In this document: positions 17,873-26,544 of the stretch, piece by piece
Layout of the letters: each line of letters opens with the position of its first letter
Position numbering within the stretch: position 1 is the first letter of the stretch
From: a virus
Lineage: Duplodnaviria > Caudoviricetes
Direction: 5' to 3' (one strand)
IMG/VR virus record: IMGVR_UViG_3300020045_002247
Span: 1 to 28,735 of that record
Length of the DNA: 28,735 nucleotides
Made by a program: the position numbers and the translations under genes
Notes under the pieces: generated by a model
The model's input: only the letters and a program-made list of their open reading frames with translations
Databases searched by the model: none
Told to the model about the DNA's origin: nothing

Positions 17873-18528
17873 TAGACGCAAGAGTATATAAACCAACAGT
17901 TGCTTGGGAAACATATATGGATGAAGTTGTTTTAACTTCAGAAGAAACAATATTAATACCAGCTATATATAGAGTTAAGGTTGTCCCAATAAATATAAAT
18001 AATCCTGGAGCAGATTTGGCTTTAAAAGCAATTGGATATTATATACAAGATTATATTGGACACTACTATAGAATAACGGAAGTAAATGTTGGCGGAGATA
18101 GTTCTATAATAAAAGTCTCTGATGATTTTAGATTTGGAGAATGTCCACAGTCACATCAGATAGGCGTATTATTTAAATCAGTAGGCGAAGGAACAGCTCC
18201 ATATTTATCTCCAGTTTATTCTAGACATTTATCTAGGTCTGCTATGGATGAAAATATTGGTATTGATCATGATATTTTATGGAGAAATGGATCAATCAGT
18301 GGTCGTGTTGAGTTTATTAATACACAGACCCCATCGCTATTAGACTATCAAACGAACTATTCTGTATATGGAGATATACCAAAGTTCGTTCTAATAACAT
18401 ACGACTCAGAAGGAATTGAATGGGAGAGGCAAGAAGTTCCAATCAGAAATTATGTTGATGGATTACTTGACTCAATAGTTTGGGATTTGTCTGATATATA
18501 TAGTGGATATATAATAATAAGCAAATAA
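17869..18528 (+). CDS. Hypothetical protein, probably fibre-associated
   Basis: 219-aa ORF, ATGA overlap with the previous gene, 2 nt to the next. Confidence 0.7.
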   Translation: MIDARVYKPTVAWETYMDEVVLTSEETILIPAIYRVKVVPININNPGADLALKAIGYYIQDYIGHYYRITEVNVGGDSSIIKVSDDFRFGECPQSHQIGVLFKSVGEGTAPYLSPVYSRHLSRSAMDENIGIDHDILWRNGSISGRVEFINTQTPSLLDYQTNYSVYGDIPKFVLITYDSEGIEWERQEVPIRNYVDGLLDSIVWDLSDIYSGYIIISK

Positions 18529-18530
18529 GT

Positions 18531-21500
18531 ATGAGAAAAATATTAACAACATTAATACTACTGCTAACGGTAGCATTTTTATCTTTTGGTCAGGATGTTA
18601 AACCAATAGACCCTATTAACTTTAAGGCACTACAAAGTCCTTCTTTTAGTTATTACATGACTAATGAGAGTGTATGGATATATAAAGGAGCTACATATGG
18701 ATGGACTGAGTTTCAGAACCGTAGAGATACGCTTAAGTTGTATGCAGGTAAAAACATAAGTTTAGTTCAAGACTATCCCAACCACGGAGTGACATATTCC
18801 GTAAAAGATAGTCTTGTTGGTATCGACTTTATTGACTTCACACAACAACAAAAACCCATTCATGGGGCGTATCGTTTGTTTGCTGATACAGTGGCTCATA
18901 CCCTTGGATTTTACAATGACGAAGCTGACATTACTATGCAGATTGGTTCCGAGATGTGGTCTAGGGTTTACAATAACTCAGGATCAAACAAACTAAATGG
19001 TACTGTTGTTAGGATAACAGGATCAGAAGGAGACATTCCGACAATAAATTTAGCTTCTAATGATTATCACGTTACGGCAGATGGCGTTCTTGGTGTTGCT
19101 ACTCACGACATAGAAACAAATACCTATGGATTCATAACCACGATAGGTGAGGTTCACGGATTAAACACATCATCTTGTCCTGAAGGCTCAATTCTGTATC
19201 TTGGGGTTAATGGTTCGTATACACACATAAGACCTCTAGCACCTAATTTTGTAGTTGAGATTGGAACATGTTTATTCTCTGACGCCGTTGATGGAACTAT
19301 TTTAGTTAATATTAAAGGTTCTCCATACGATATTGTTCATAACTCTTTTAATGATATTTTCCTTGAAAGCATGAAGTTTACAGTAACTTCAAACGGAACT
19401 ACAACAATAGGAAGTATTCAGCGCAATGGAGGCGGTGATTTAACGATGCAGTTTTCAAGTGGGTTTTCAACGCTTGATTGTACCCCAGCCGCAACAGTTA
19501 CGTTAACTGCCGGAACCGCAACAATACCACAAACAAACTACGTTTATGTGCCAAAATCAAGCGGAGTTCTAACAGCATCAACAAGTGGATGGCCTTCAGA
19601 GGAACATATTAAAGTATCTGAGGTTGCTTGTCGCACGTCGGCATTAACACAAGCTGATGGGGTTTTAAGGAATCAGAATTGGAATGACCACATAGCCGCA
19701 GCTAATGGCTCTGGACACATATCGCATATAAATGAAAGGATAAGACGGCTAAACGCCGATTGGTATTCAGGAGTAGCACCAACGCTGACGATTGTTTCTG
19801 CTGCCAATCCAGACAATGTGTATTTTTCCAACACCGGAGGTAAGGTTTATCAGATGCACCAACAAGACTTCCCTGCTCAGGCAATGCCTACCGACGACAT
19901 CCACGTTGTTAATCACTTCACAACGCCATATTCGACAACCACAAACCTAAACACACAATTAACAGATGCCCTTGGCGCAACATTAGTAAGTAAATCGTAC
20001 AGCCTTGTTATTTGGGGCATACAGAATGAATCTGGCGAGCTTTCTCACTTAATGGTAAACTTACCCATCGGTAGTTATTTAAGTGCTACAAATGCGATTA
20101 AAGATGCTGATAACTACTCTGTGTACACAATACCAAACCAATTTAAAGGTGTTGGTTTTTTAATTGCACGAATAACGCTATCGCATAATCCGTCTAACTC
20201 CGGCACGTGGACGCTAGAGCAAATACAAGACTTAAGAGGTTATTTTCCCAATAATACAGCAGGGTCTGGATCGTCTGGATCAGGTGGCGGTGTCACTACT
20301 TATTTAGGATTACTAGATACACCGAATACCTATGCTAGTTCAGCCAATAAGCTACAGGGGGTAAACTCAGGCGAGACAGCCATTGAGAGTAAGGCGATGA
20401 CCGTTACTCTTGCCGGAACAGCCAACATCCCATCGGGACAACAATACCAAATAAACGGAGGTTCTATTGTTGTTGATGCCATTAATGATGCTGTAACAAC
20501 TACTGCACCAAGTCAGAATGCTGTATTTGATGCTTTGGCTTTGAAAGAAAACATTTCAAACAAAGAAAATACAACAGTTGATAATTCTACAACCAAATAT
20601 CCGACTGTTAATTTATTAAAGACTTATGCTGACACAAAAGACCCATCAGTAACAAATGAAGGACAACTAAGTACGGTTGGAACAGCAAACAATGCAACCA
20701 TTCAATCAAACACATCTGGCTCTAATATTTTGAATATTAAAGGAGCAGGGATAAATATAGCGTCTGCATCTGGTAATAATATTACAATAACAGGAACTGA
20801 AGTTGATGGAAGTATAACAAATGAAATTCAGGATTTGAGTTTGTCTGGGAATATTTTAACGTTATCTGGTGATGCTACAACAGTAGATGTCTCTCAGGCA
20901 ACCGCCGTGGTCGCTAATACAGCAAAAGTTACCAATGCTACTCATACAGGGGATGCTACCGGAGCAACTGAACTAACCCTAAAGACCGTAAACAGCAATA
21001 TTGGAACTTACAATAATGTAACTATAAATGCTAAAGGGTTAGCTACCGCAGGATCAAATGTGGCTTATTTGACTTCAGAGATAGATGGGTCGGTCAGCAA
21101 TGAAGGTTCTTTAACGGCTACTGATAAAACAACTTACAGTAAAAACATTCATTCAAATACTTCGGGTTCTACCGATGTAGTAATGAGAGTAGATAGTATT
21201 ATTCCGGCATTATTAATATCAAGGCTAAACAATAAAATTACCTTAAAGGCTGATACTACTGTATTAATGAAGAAGTCAACAGTTTCGGCAATGTATGAGC
21301 CTAAATTTTCAAAAAGCACCGCATTTAATAAAAACTTTGGTACAACTGCCGGGACTGTTTTAGAGGGTCGAACTTTTGGAACTGCTTCAGGTAATAATAC
21401 AGGGGATTTTATACAGAACCAGAATGCAAGTGCGCAGGCTGCTAATATGTGGATTAGTGGTAGTGGTCTATTTGATTCAGGGATTACAATATCAGGTCTA

Positions 21501-22805
21501 AATAGAGGCTCTGGAACAACACCGTTAATATTTTCAGATACTAATGAATCTTTAAGTGAACGCTCTTGGAGATTCATACAATCACAACAAGCATACGGAG
21601 ATTTTCAATTACAACAAGCAACTACTCATTTAGGCTCAACATTTCAAAGTATTTTAAGATTTAATCAAACAGGTGAAGCATTTTTTAATTCTGCTATAAA
21701 TGCAATAACAGCTAAACTAACTAACCTAACCGATGGTTATTTGCCTTACCACATTAGTGATGCTAGTGGGTTGGGAAATAGTCCTATTTATACGGATGGG
21801 ACTAATAATGTGGGTATTGGTGTTATTCCAACGATACCAAGTGGAAATACTGTAAATATAGAACTTGATGGAGGTAATACTATTGCATCAAGATTATATA
21901 ATACCCCTCAATTATATATTTCAAGTAATGCAGTAGGAACAGGTTATTCACCAATATATAAAGTTGACGGATATGCTACACAATATCAAATGCAAGGTTT
22001 TGATGGTATGCATCATTTTTTAACAGCATCTAGCGGAATTGCTGGAAATGCCGTATCTTTTATAGAAAGAATGACAATTACAAATGTAGGTAATGTTGGA
22101 ATAGGCTACTCCACAGGCACTGAGATAACCAACAACAAGTTGGCTGTTAATGGTAGTGGGTATTTTAATGGTGCATTTTCAGTACAAGGAGAATCTACAT
22201 TAATAAACATTAAGGCAAATAATTTAATGTTTAATTCTGCAAATAAAGGCATAGGTTTTAATAGAAATGTACTTAATGGCGATATTTTTGATATATCAAA
22301 AGGGGCATTTCAAATTCAACATATAGATAAAACTCTTGAATTCCAAGCTTATAATGGTGCTAATTTATTTAACTTTCAAGATAAAATAAATACAACAAGT
22401 TATCTACTAAACGGAGTTAATTTATTTAGTTCTTTGAGTAATGGTTTTTCAAGTAATTGGGACGGAACTAAGTTCGTAAATGGATACAATAACTCTCAAC
22501 AATCTCTTTCAGGTACTAATGTGACATGGAATCTAGCAAATGGAAAAGATGCTGCAATAACTCTTACGGGAAATACAGTTATCACGCTTACAAATGCCAC
22601 ACAGGGGTTAACAGGCACTTTATGGGTGACCAACCCATCGACAGTTTACACAATCACCTTTGCCGGATATGCAAACTCAATTGATCCTTTCATCAGGCTT
22701 GCTTCAAACATCGTAATCACATCAGGAGGAAGTAAGTTCGATGATTATAGTTTTAAATATAATGGGACTAAAATGAATTGGAACGGAACTTTAGACAGAC
22801 AATAA
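18531..22805 (+). CDS. Large mosaic tail-fibre-like protein with Sec signal peptide
   Basis: MRKILTTLILLLTVAFLSFG|Q; fibre motifs APSQNAVFDALALK, NTAKVTNATHTGD, GTYNNVTINAKG, NVGIG twice; Thr/Ser/Asn/Gly-rich. Confidence 0.85.
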   Translation: MRKILTTLILLLTVAFLSFGQDVKPIDPINFKALQSPSFSYYMTNESVWIYKGATYGWTEFQNRRDTLKLYAGKNISLVQDYPNHGVTYSVKDSLVGIDFIDFTQQQKPIHGAYRLFADTVAHTLGFYNDEADITMQIGSEMWSRVYNNSGSNKLNGTVVRITGSEGDIPTINLASNDYHVTADGVLGVATHDIETNTYGFITTIGEVHGLNTSSCPEGSILYLGVNGSYTHIRPLAPNFVVEIGTCLFSDAVDGTILVNIKGSPYDIVHNSFNDIFLESMKFTVTSNGTTTIGSIQRNGGGDLTMQFSSGFSTLDCTPAATVTLTAGTATIPQTNYVYVPKSSGVLTASTSGWPSEEHIKVSEVACRTSALTQADGVLRNQNWNDHIAAANGSGHISHINERIRRLNADWYSGVAPTLTIVSAANPDNVYFSNTGGKVYQMHQQDFPAQAMPTDDIHVVNHFTTPYSTTTNLNTQLTDALGATLVSKSYSLVIWGIQNESGELSHLMVNLPIGSYLSATNAIKDADNYSVYTIPNQFKGVGFLIARITLSHNPSNSGTWTLEQIQDLRGYFPNNTAGSGSSGSGGGVTTYLGLLDTPNTYASSANKLQGVNSGETAIESKAMTVTLAGTANIPSGQQYQINGGSIVVDAINDAVTTTAPSQNAVFDALALKENISNKENTTVDNSTTKYPTVNLLKTYADTKDPSVTNEGQLSTVGTANNATIQSNTSGSNILNIKGAGINIASASGNNITITGTEVDGSITNEIQDLSLSGNILTLSGDATTVDVSQATAVVANTAKVTNATHTGDATGATELTLKTVNSNIGTYNNVTINAKGLATAGSNVAYLTSEIDGSVSNEGSLTATDKTTYSKNIHSNTSGSTDVVMRVDSIIPALLISRLNNKITLKADTTVLMKKSTVSAMYEPKFSKSTAFNKNFGTTAGTVLEGRTFGTASGNNTGDFIQNQNASAQAANMWISGSGLFDSGITISGLNRGSGTTPLIFSDTNESLSERSWRFIQSQQAYGDFQLQQATTHLGSTFQSILRFNQTGEAFFNSAINAITAKLTNLTDGYLPYHISDASGLGNSPIYTDGTNNVGIGVIPTIPSGNTVNIELDGGNTIASRLYNTPQLYISSNAVGTGYSPIYKVDGYATQYQMQGFDGMHHFLTASSGIAGNAVSFIERMTITNVGNVGIGYSTGTEITNNKLAVNGSGYFNGAFSVQGESTLINIKANNLMFNSANKGIGFNRNVLNGDIFDISKGAFQIQHIDKTLEFQAYNGANLFNFQDKINTTSYLLNGVNLFSSLSNGFSSNWDGTKFVNGYNNSQQSLSGTNVTWNLANGKDAAITLTGNTVITLTNATQGLTGTLWVTNPSTVYTITFAGYANSIDPFIRLASNIVITSGGSKFDDYSFKYNGTKMNWNGTLDRQ

Positions 22806-22827
22806 TATGATATTTTATAGACAAAAT

Positions 22828-24954
22828 ATGAAACAAATACTATTGATAATTGGCCTTCTAATTGGGTTAAACTCATTTGCCCAAGATGATTTCTTTTGGA
22901 GTTATTCACACCCACAGCTTTACGATACTATCACATTAAAAGTTACTGCTCAGCAAAATGTTAGTTTAAGTGGAATATTCACAACATACTCAGGTGATTC
23001 TTTAACATTTATTGATCAACTTGGCGTTCATAAGAAACTACCATCTGGAACAGCAACATCTTCATTTCCATTAACTATATCTAACGGAGAAACCGGATAT
23101 TTAGTTACTAAAAGAAATGATCTAAGATTAATAAATTATACAAATATATTTGGTGATCTAAATTTCTATGATATAAGTAGCGCAAAAAGATTACAGGATT
23201 TTGAATTGAGCTTTAGGGGAAATATTACCTCAAATATATTCACTGAAAACAAAGCATTAGAGGTCTTAACCCTTAATGAATCATTTGTTTCTATTCCGTC
23301 AAATATATTAAATCTTTCAAATAACAATCTTTTAAAGGAAATTTATATACAAAATACACCAATAGCATCATTATTATTACCAACTAGTCCAGATTTAGCT
23401 AGTATTTCCATATTTGAAAATCAACAGTTAACATCAATAACTTTTGGCGATTTAAGTTCAACAGTTTGGTTATTTTATGCCTATAATTCACATTTTGATC
23501 AAACAAATATTGATAAAATATTAAAGTATTTTGTGGATTCGAATCGTAATCCGTTTGCATTAGGAACTTATGGAACGGATTATATTAATCTATGTGGATC
23601 AAGAAACGGATATCCAAGTTCAACTGGGTATGGATATGTTTCAACACTAACCAGTAGGGGGTGGTATGTATGTGTAAATAACAACACAACTACGCCAATT
23701 GTTTCTACTGATGATGCAACTATGGTGAGTTCAACATCAGCAACGCTAGGAGGAAATGCTTCATCGGATGGTGGAGCGGCAATAACAGCTAGAGGAGTGG
23801 CTTATGGAACGTCATCGAATCCCACGACGGCAGGTTCTCATACAACATTGGGAACGGGAGTAGGTTTATTTTCATCAAATGTAACTGGATTATCATCAAG
23901 CACCACTTATCACATGAGGGCGTATGCTACAAACTCTAATGGGACTTCATATGGTGCGGATAAGACTTTCACGACAACAAGCGCAATCCAAACCGTACCG
24001 GAGTTAATTACAACTGCACCAACATCAATTACAACGACAACAGCATCGAGTGGTGGCACAATAACCTTCGATGGAAACTATGAAATAATAGAAAAGGGTG
24101 TTTGTTGGTCAACTTCCCCAAGTCCAAATTACAATAACTCAAAAACAAACGAGGGAAGTGGTACAGCTAGCTTTATATCTAGTATAACCGGACTTTCGCC
24201 AAATACAACTTATTATCTCAGAGCATACGCACGAAATAGGAAGATTGATGGAATAACAACTTATGCAACCGGATATGGGCAGGAAGAAGTATTTAAAACA
24301 GCGTCAAGCAGCGAATGTAATTTACCTACCGTAACAACTAGTTCGATTAATTCAATAACTACAAATTCAGCGAATGGAGGGGGAAATGTAACGAATGATG
24401 GTGGATGTGAAGTAACTGTAAAGGGATTGTGTTGGTCAACATCGACAAATCCAACAACATCAAATTTCCATACAACAGATGGAAGTGGGTTAGGTGCTTT
24501 TAGTAGTTCGATAACCGGATTAACTTGTGGCACTACTTATTATGTTAGGGCATACGCTACTAACAGTTCAGGGACTGCATATGGTAATCAGGTTAGTTTT
24601 ATGGCAACGCATACCCCTGTTTATCAATTTTTATTTAATTTCTTCGTTCATACCGACCTATGTGGAGATTATAATTTCACTTCTAGCGAAGCCCTAGCGT
24701 GCCAAGCTTTATCTGAATTTAGAAACCCTTCATGCGCATCTACTACACTAAACAGCTTGACAGGTAGATTTGTGAGCATAAATTCATCAACGTTATCAAT
24801 TGGACAACAAACATATAGAAAACCTTCACAAAGCTCAATAGAGTGGTGTTTAAATTCAGATACAGGATATTATTTATACATACAAAGTGTTGGAAGTGAA
24901 TTTATAGTCCATTTGATAAATGGAGTTATAGATTCAATAACGCCATGTCCATAA
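22828..24954 (+). CDS. Signal-peptide-bearing LRR-like plus 3x fibronectin type III adhesin-like protein
   Basis: MKQILLIIGLLIGLNSFA|Q from ATG 22828; LNLSNNNLLKEIYIQNT; three ...TGL...TTYxxRAYAxN repeats; Cys-rich C-terminus. Confidence 0.85.
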   Translation: MKQILLIIGLLIGLNSFAQDDFFWSYSHPQLYDTITLKVTAQQNVSLSGIFTTYSGDSLTFIDQLGVHKKLPSGTATSSFPLTISNGETGYLVTKRNDLRLINYTNIFGDLNFYDISSAKRLQDFELSFRGNITSNIFTENKALEVLTLNESFVSIPSNILNLSNNNLLKEIYIQNTPIASLLLPTSPDLASISIFENQQLTSITFGDLSSTVWLFYAYNSHFDQTNIDKILKYFVDSNRNPFALGTYGTDYINLCGSRNGYPSSTGYGYVSTLTSRGWYVCVNNNTTTPIVSTDDATMVSSTSATLGGNASSDGGAAITARGVAYGTSSNPTTAGSHTTLGTGVGLFSSNVTGLSSSTTYHMRAYATNSNGTSYGADKTFTTTSAIQTVPELITTAPTSITTTTASSGGTITFDGNYEIIEKGVCWSTSPSPNYNNSKTNEGSGTASFISSITGLSPNTTYYLRAYARNRKIDGITTYATGYGQEEVFKTASSSECNLPTVTTSSINSITTNSANGGGNVTNDGGCEVTVKGLCWSTSTNPTTSNFHTTDGSGLGAFSSSITGLTCGTTYYVRAYATNSSGTAYGNQVSFMATHTPVYQFLFNFFVHTDLCGDYNFTSSEALACQALSEFRNPSCASTTLNSLTGRFVSINSSTLSIGQQTYRKPSQSSIEWCLNSDTGYYLYIQSVGSEFIVHLINGVIDSITPCP
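23695..24603 (+). repeat. Three ~100-aa FN3-like repeats
   Basis: Units begin near 23695 (PIVST), 23998 (PELIT) and 24325 (PTVTT), each with GG..DG, S..TGL, TTY..RAYA.N and YG...F. Confidence 0.85.
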
Positions 24955-25076
24955 TGAAACTATCGGATTTGACAATTAAAATAAATATCGTACCTTTGTT
25001 GAAATTATTGCTAATTAAGAAGCAACGAGCAAAGCTACATGAGTATTATTATTCACTTATAAATAAATTAAAATGA
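24954..25076 (+). CDS. Possible 40-aa basic peptide
   Basis: MKLSDLTIKINIVPLLKLLLIKKQRAKLHEYYYSLINKLK*; TAATG and ATGA overlaps at the two ends, but it contains a promoter. Confidence 0.3.
   Translation: MKLSDLTIKINIVPLLKLLLIKKQRAKLHEYYYSLINKLK
24968..24998 (+). promoter_or_regulatory. Bacteroidetes-type promoter upstream of the lysis cassette
   Basis: TTTG 24968-24971, 19-nt spacer, TACCTTTG 24991-24998. Confidence 0.75.
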
Positions 25077-25510
25077 GTAACGTTGGTTATTTAACAGAAA
25101 AGAGAGAGGAAACTATTGCTAAGTTTTTAGATGCTTCTATTGACTTTGGTAGTCTATTGAAAGGTCAAAAGAAAATCCTTGGAATATTTAGTCTAGGTAA
25201 TTTTCTAGAACGCAACGATCGAAGGATTTTTAAAATGATGCTTGGAATTCTAGACGACAAAGTTATTGGAGCTAATCCTAATCAAGATGTGAAAGACACA
25301 ATTGATAAAGCATTGGCATTTCTTGAAAATGGTGATGTTGTGGGATTTGATAATTATATCGCTGGAGTATTAGCAGATGTAATCGAAACTCCATTTGGAG
25401 TTATTGAGAAGCAGATATTCTTATCTGTATTAATGATGTTTAACGGTCTTATCGCAAAGGCTCTAGTTAAAATAGAGTCTAAGATTAATGAGGCTGATTC
25501 TGAAGTATAA
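25073..25510 (+). CDS. Hypothetical helical protein in lysis cassette
   Basis: 145 aa, moderately hydrophobic C-terminal helix IFLSVLMMFNGLIAKALV. Confidence 0.75.
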   Translation: MSNVGYLTEKREETIAKFLDASIDFGSLLKGQKKILGIFSLGNFLERNDRRIFKMMLGILDDKVIGANPNQDVKDTIDKALAFLENGDVVGFDNYIAGVLADVIETPFGVIEKQIFLSVLMMFNGLIAKALVKIESKINEADSEV

Positions 25511-25530
25511 ATTAATTTAAAACTATTATC

Positions 25531-25704
25531 ATGTTAGCAAACTGGAAAACCACATTAGTTGGTATCGTTGGAGCAGTATTCTCTGTAGTATGGCCATTAG
25601 TCTCTACTGGAGGCGTAGATATTAAAGATGTTATCTCTGCTGGAGTATTGGCAATATTAGGATATCTAGCTAAAGATGCTGGAGTCACTGGGACTAAAAT
25701 TTAA
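25531..25704 (+). CDS. Holin, two transmembrane helices (not in ORF track)
   Basis: MLANWKTTLVGIVGAVFSVVWPLV...VISAGVLAILGYLAKDAGVTGTKI*; NWKTT...AKD small-holin pattern, directly upstream of the lysozyme. Confidence 0.8.
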   Translation: MLANWKTTLVGIVGAVFSVVWPLVSTGGVDIKDVISAGVLAILGYLAKDAGVTGTKI

Positions 25705-25711
25705 TTAGTTT

Positions 25712-25736
25712 GTGGGGGATTAAATTCTCCCACTTT
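25712..25736 (+). terminator. Hairpin between holin and endolysin, weak terminator or attenuator
   Basis: GTGGGGGA/TCTCCCAC stem followed by TTTAATTTTT. Confidence 0.5.
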
Positions 25737-25756
25737 AATTTTTAACTATACTATCA

Positions 25757-26254
25757 ATGGATAAAGAAAAACTTAAATTACAGTTACTGATTGATGAGGG
25801 AATTGAAATATTTCCATACAAAGACTCTTTGGGAATTTATTCAATCGGCGTTGGTAGAAATTTAGAAGGCAAAGGACTTAGCTCAAGCGAATTATTCTTC
25901 CTTGGCATAAAGCTTAAGGACAAATATGAAATCATTGAGTTGCTTAAGAAACGTGGTTTAACCAAAGACGAAGTTTTTTACTTGTTAGATAATGATGTAG
26001 ATGAAGTTGTATCGCAGTTATCGAATAGATTACCTTGGTTAATAGATAAGCCGGATGAAGTAATGTCAGTTTTATCAAATATGACATTCAATATGGGAAT
26101 AAATGGATTGCTTAAATTTAAAAACACATTAGCACTTCTTAAAGACTCTCGTTGGAATGAAGCTGCTGATGAAATGCTTAAAAGCCGATGGACAATTCAA
26201 GTAGGAGCTCGTGCAAAACGATTAAGCGATAGGATAAGAAACTTAAATAAATAA
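25757..26254 (+). CDS. Endolysin, T4-lysozyme-like (GH24)
   Basis: DEG...PYKDSLGIYSIGVGRNL, NMTFNMG...KFKN, AADEMLKSRW..QVG.RA.RL. Confidence 0.92.
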   Translation: MDKEKLKLQLLIDEGIEIFPYKDSLGIYSIGVGRNLEGKGLSSSELFFLGIKLKDKYEIIELLKKRGLTKDEVFYLLDNDVDEVVSQLSNRLPWLIDKPDEVMSVLSNMTFNMGINGLLKFKNTLALLKDSRWNEAADEMLKSRWTIQVGARAKRLSDRIRNLNK

Positions 26255-26256
26255 TA

Positions 26257-26460
26257 ATGACACAAAGTAAAAGCACTAAGGAAGAAGAGAAACAATTGGA
26301 ACTGTGCGCAATTTCTAAAGAGGTTGCAGTAGAAAGACTTAACAAACTAGTTGAAAAACATCAAGACATTTTTGATGAATACAACATGTGGATCTCAGTA
26401 ATTAATTCACCAATTAAGATGGTCGATACGGAAGAGTCAACATCTGAAGTTGCGAATTAG
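26257..26460 (+). CDS. Hypothetical protein
   Basis: 67-aa ORF 2 nt after the endolysin, ends in TAG. Confidence 0.7.
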   Translation: MTQSKSTKEEEKQLELCAISKEVAVERLNKLVEKHQDIFDEYNMWISVINSPIKMVDTEESTSEVAN

Positions 26461-26544
26461 CTATATAACACTTTTGGCTTCATGCTAAAAATGTATACTA
26501 TATATTTTTTATTGGTTATAATGTTATAAATTTGTAGAAGAATT

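Noticed and set aside
8954-18996. Alternative-frame + ORFs 8954..9175 and 18814..18996
   Set aside because: Nested in TerL and the large fibre; no lipobox or other support.
12336-24954. Diversity-generating retroelement or invertible cassette acting on fibres
   Set aside because: No reverse transcriptase or recombinase in the window, and I saw no adenine-variable repeat pair; FN3 repeats differ at all bases.
12336-24954. Host chromosomal island or chimeric assembly explaining the signal peptides
   Set aside because: Genes are joined to phage-type neighbours by gaps of a few nucleotides and contain phage fibre motifs; not fully excludable without reads.
26472-26490. Hairpin TTTTGGC-TTCAT-GCTAAAA after the lysis cassette
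   Set aside because: Weak AT-rich stem with no downstream U tract; not called as a terminator.
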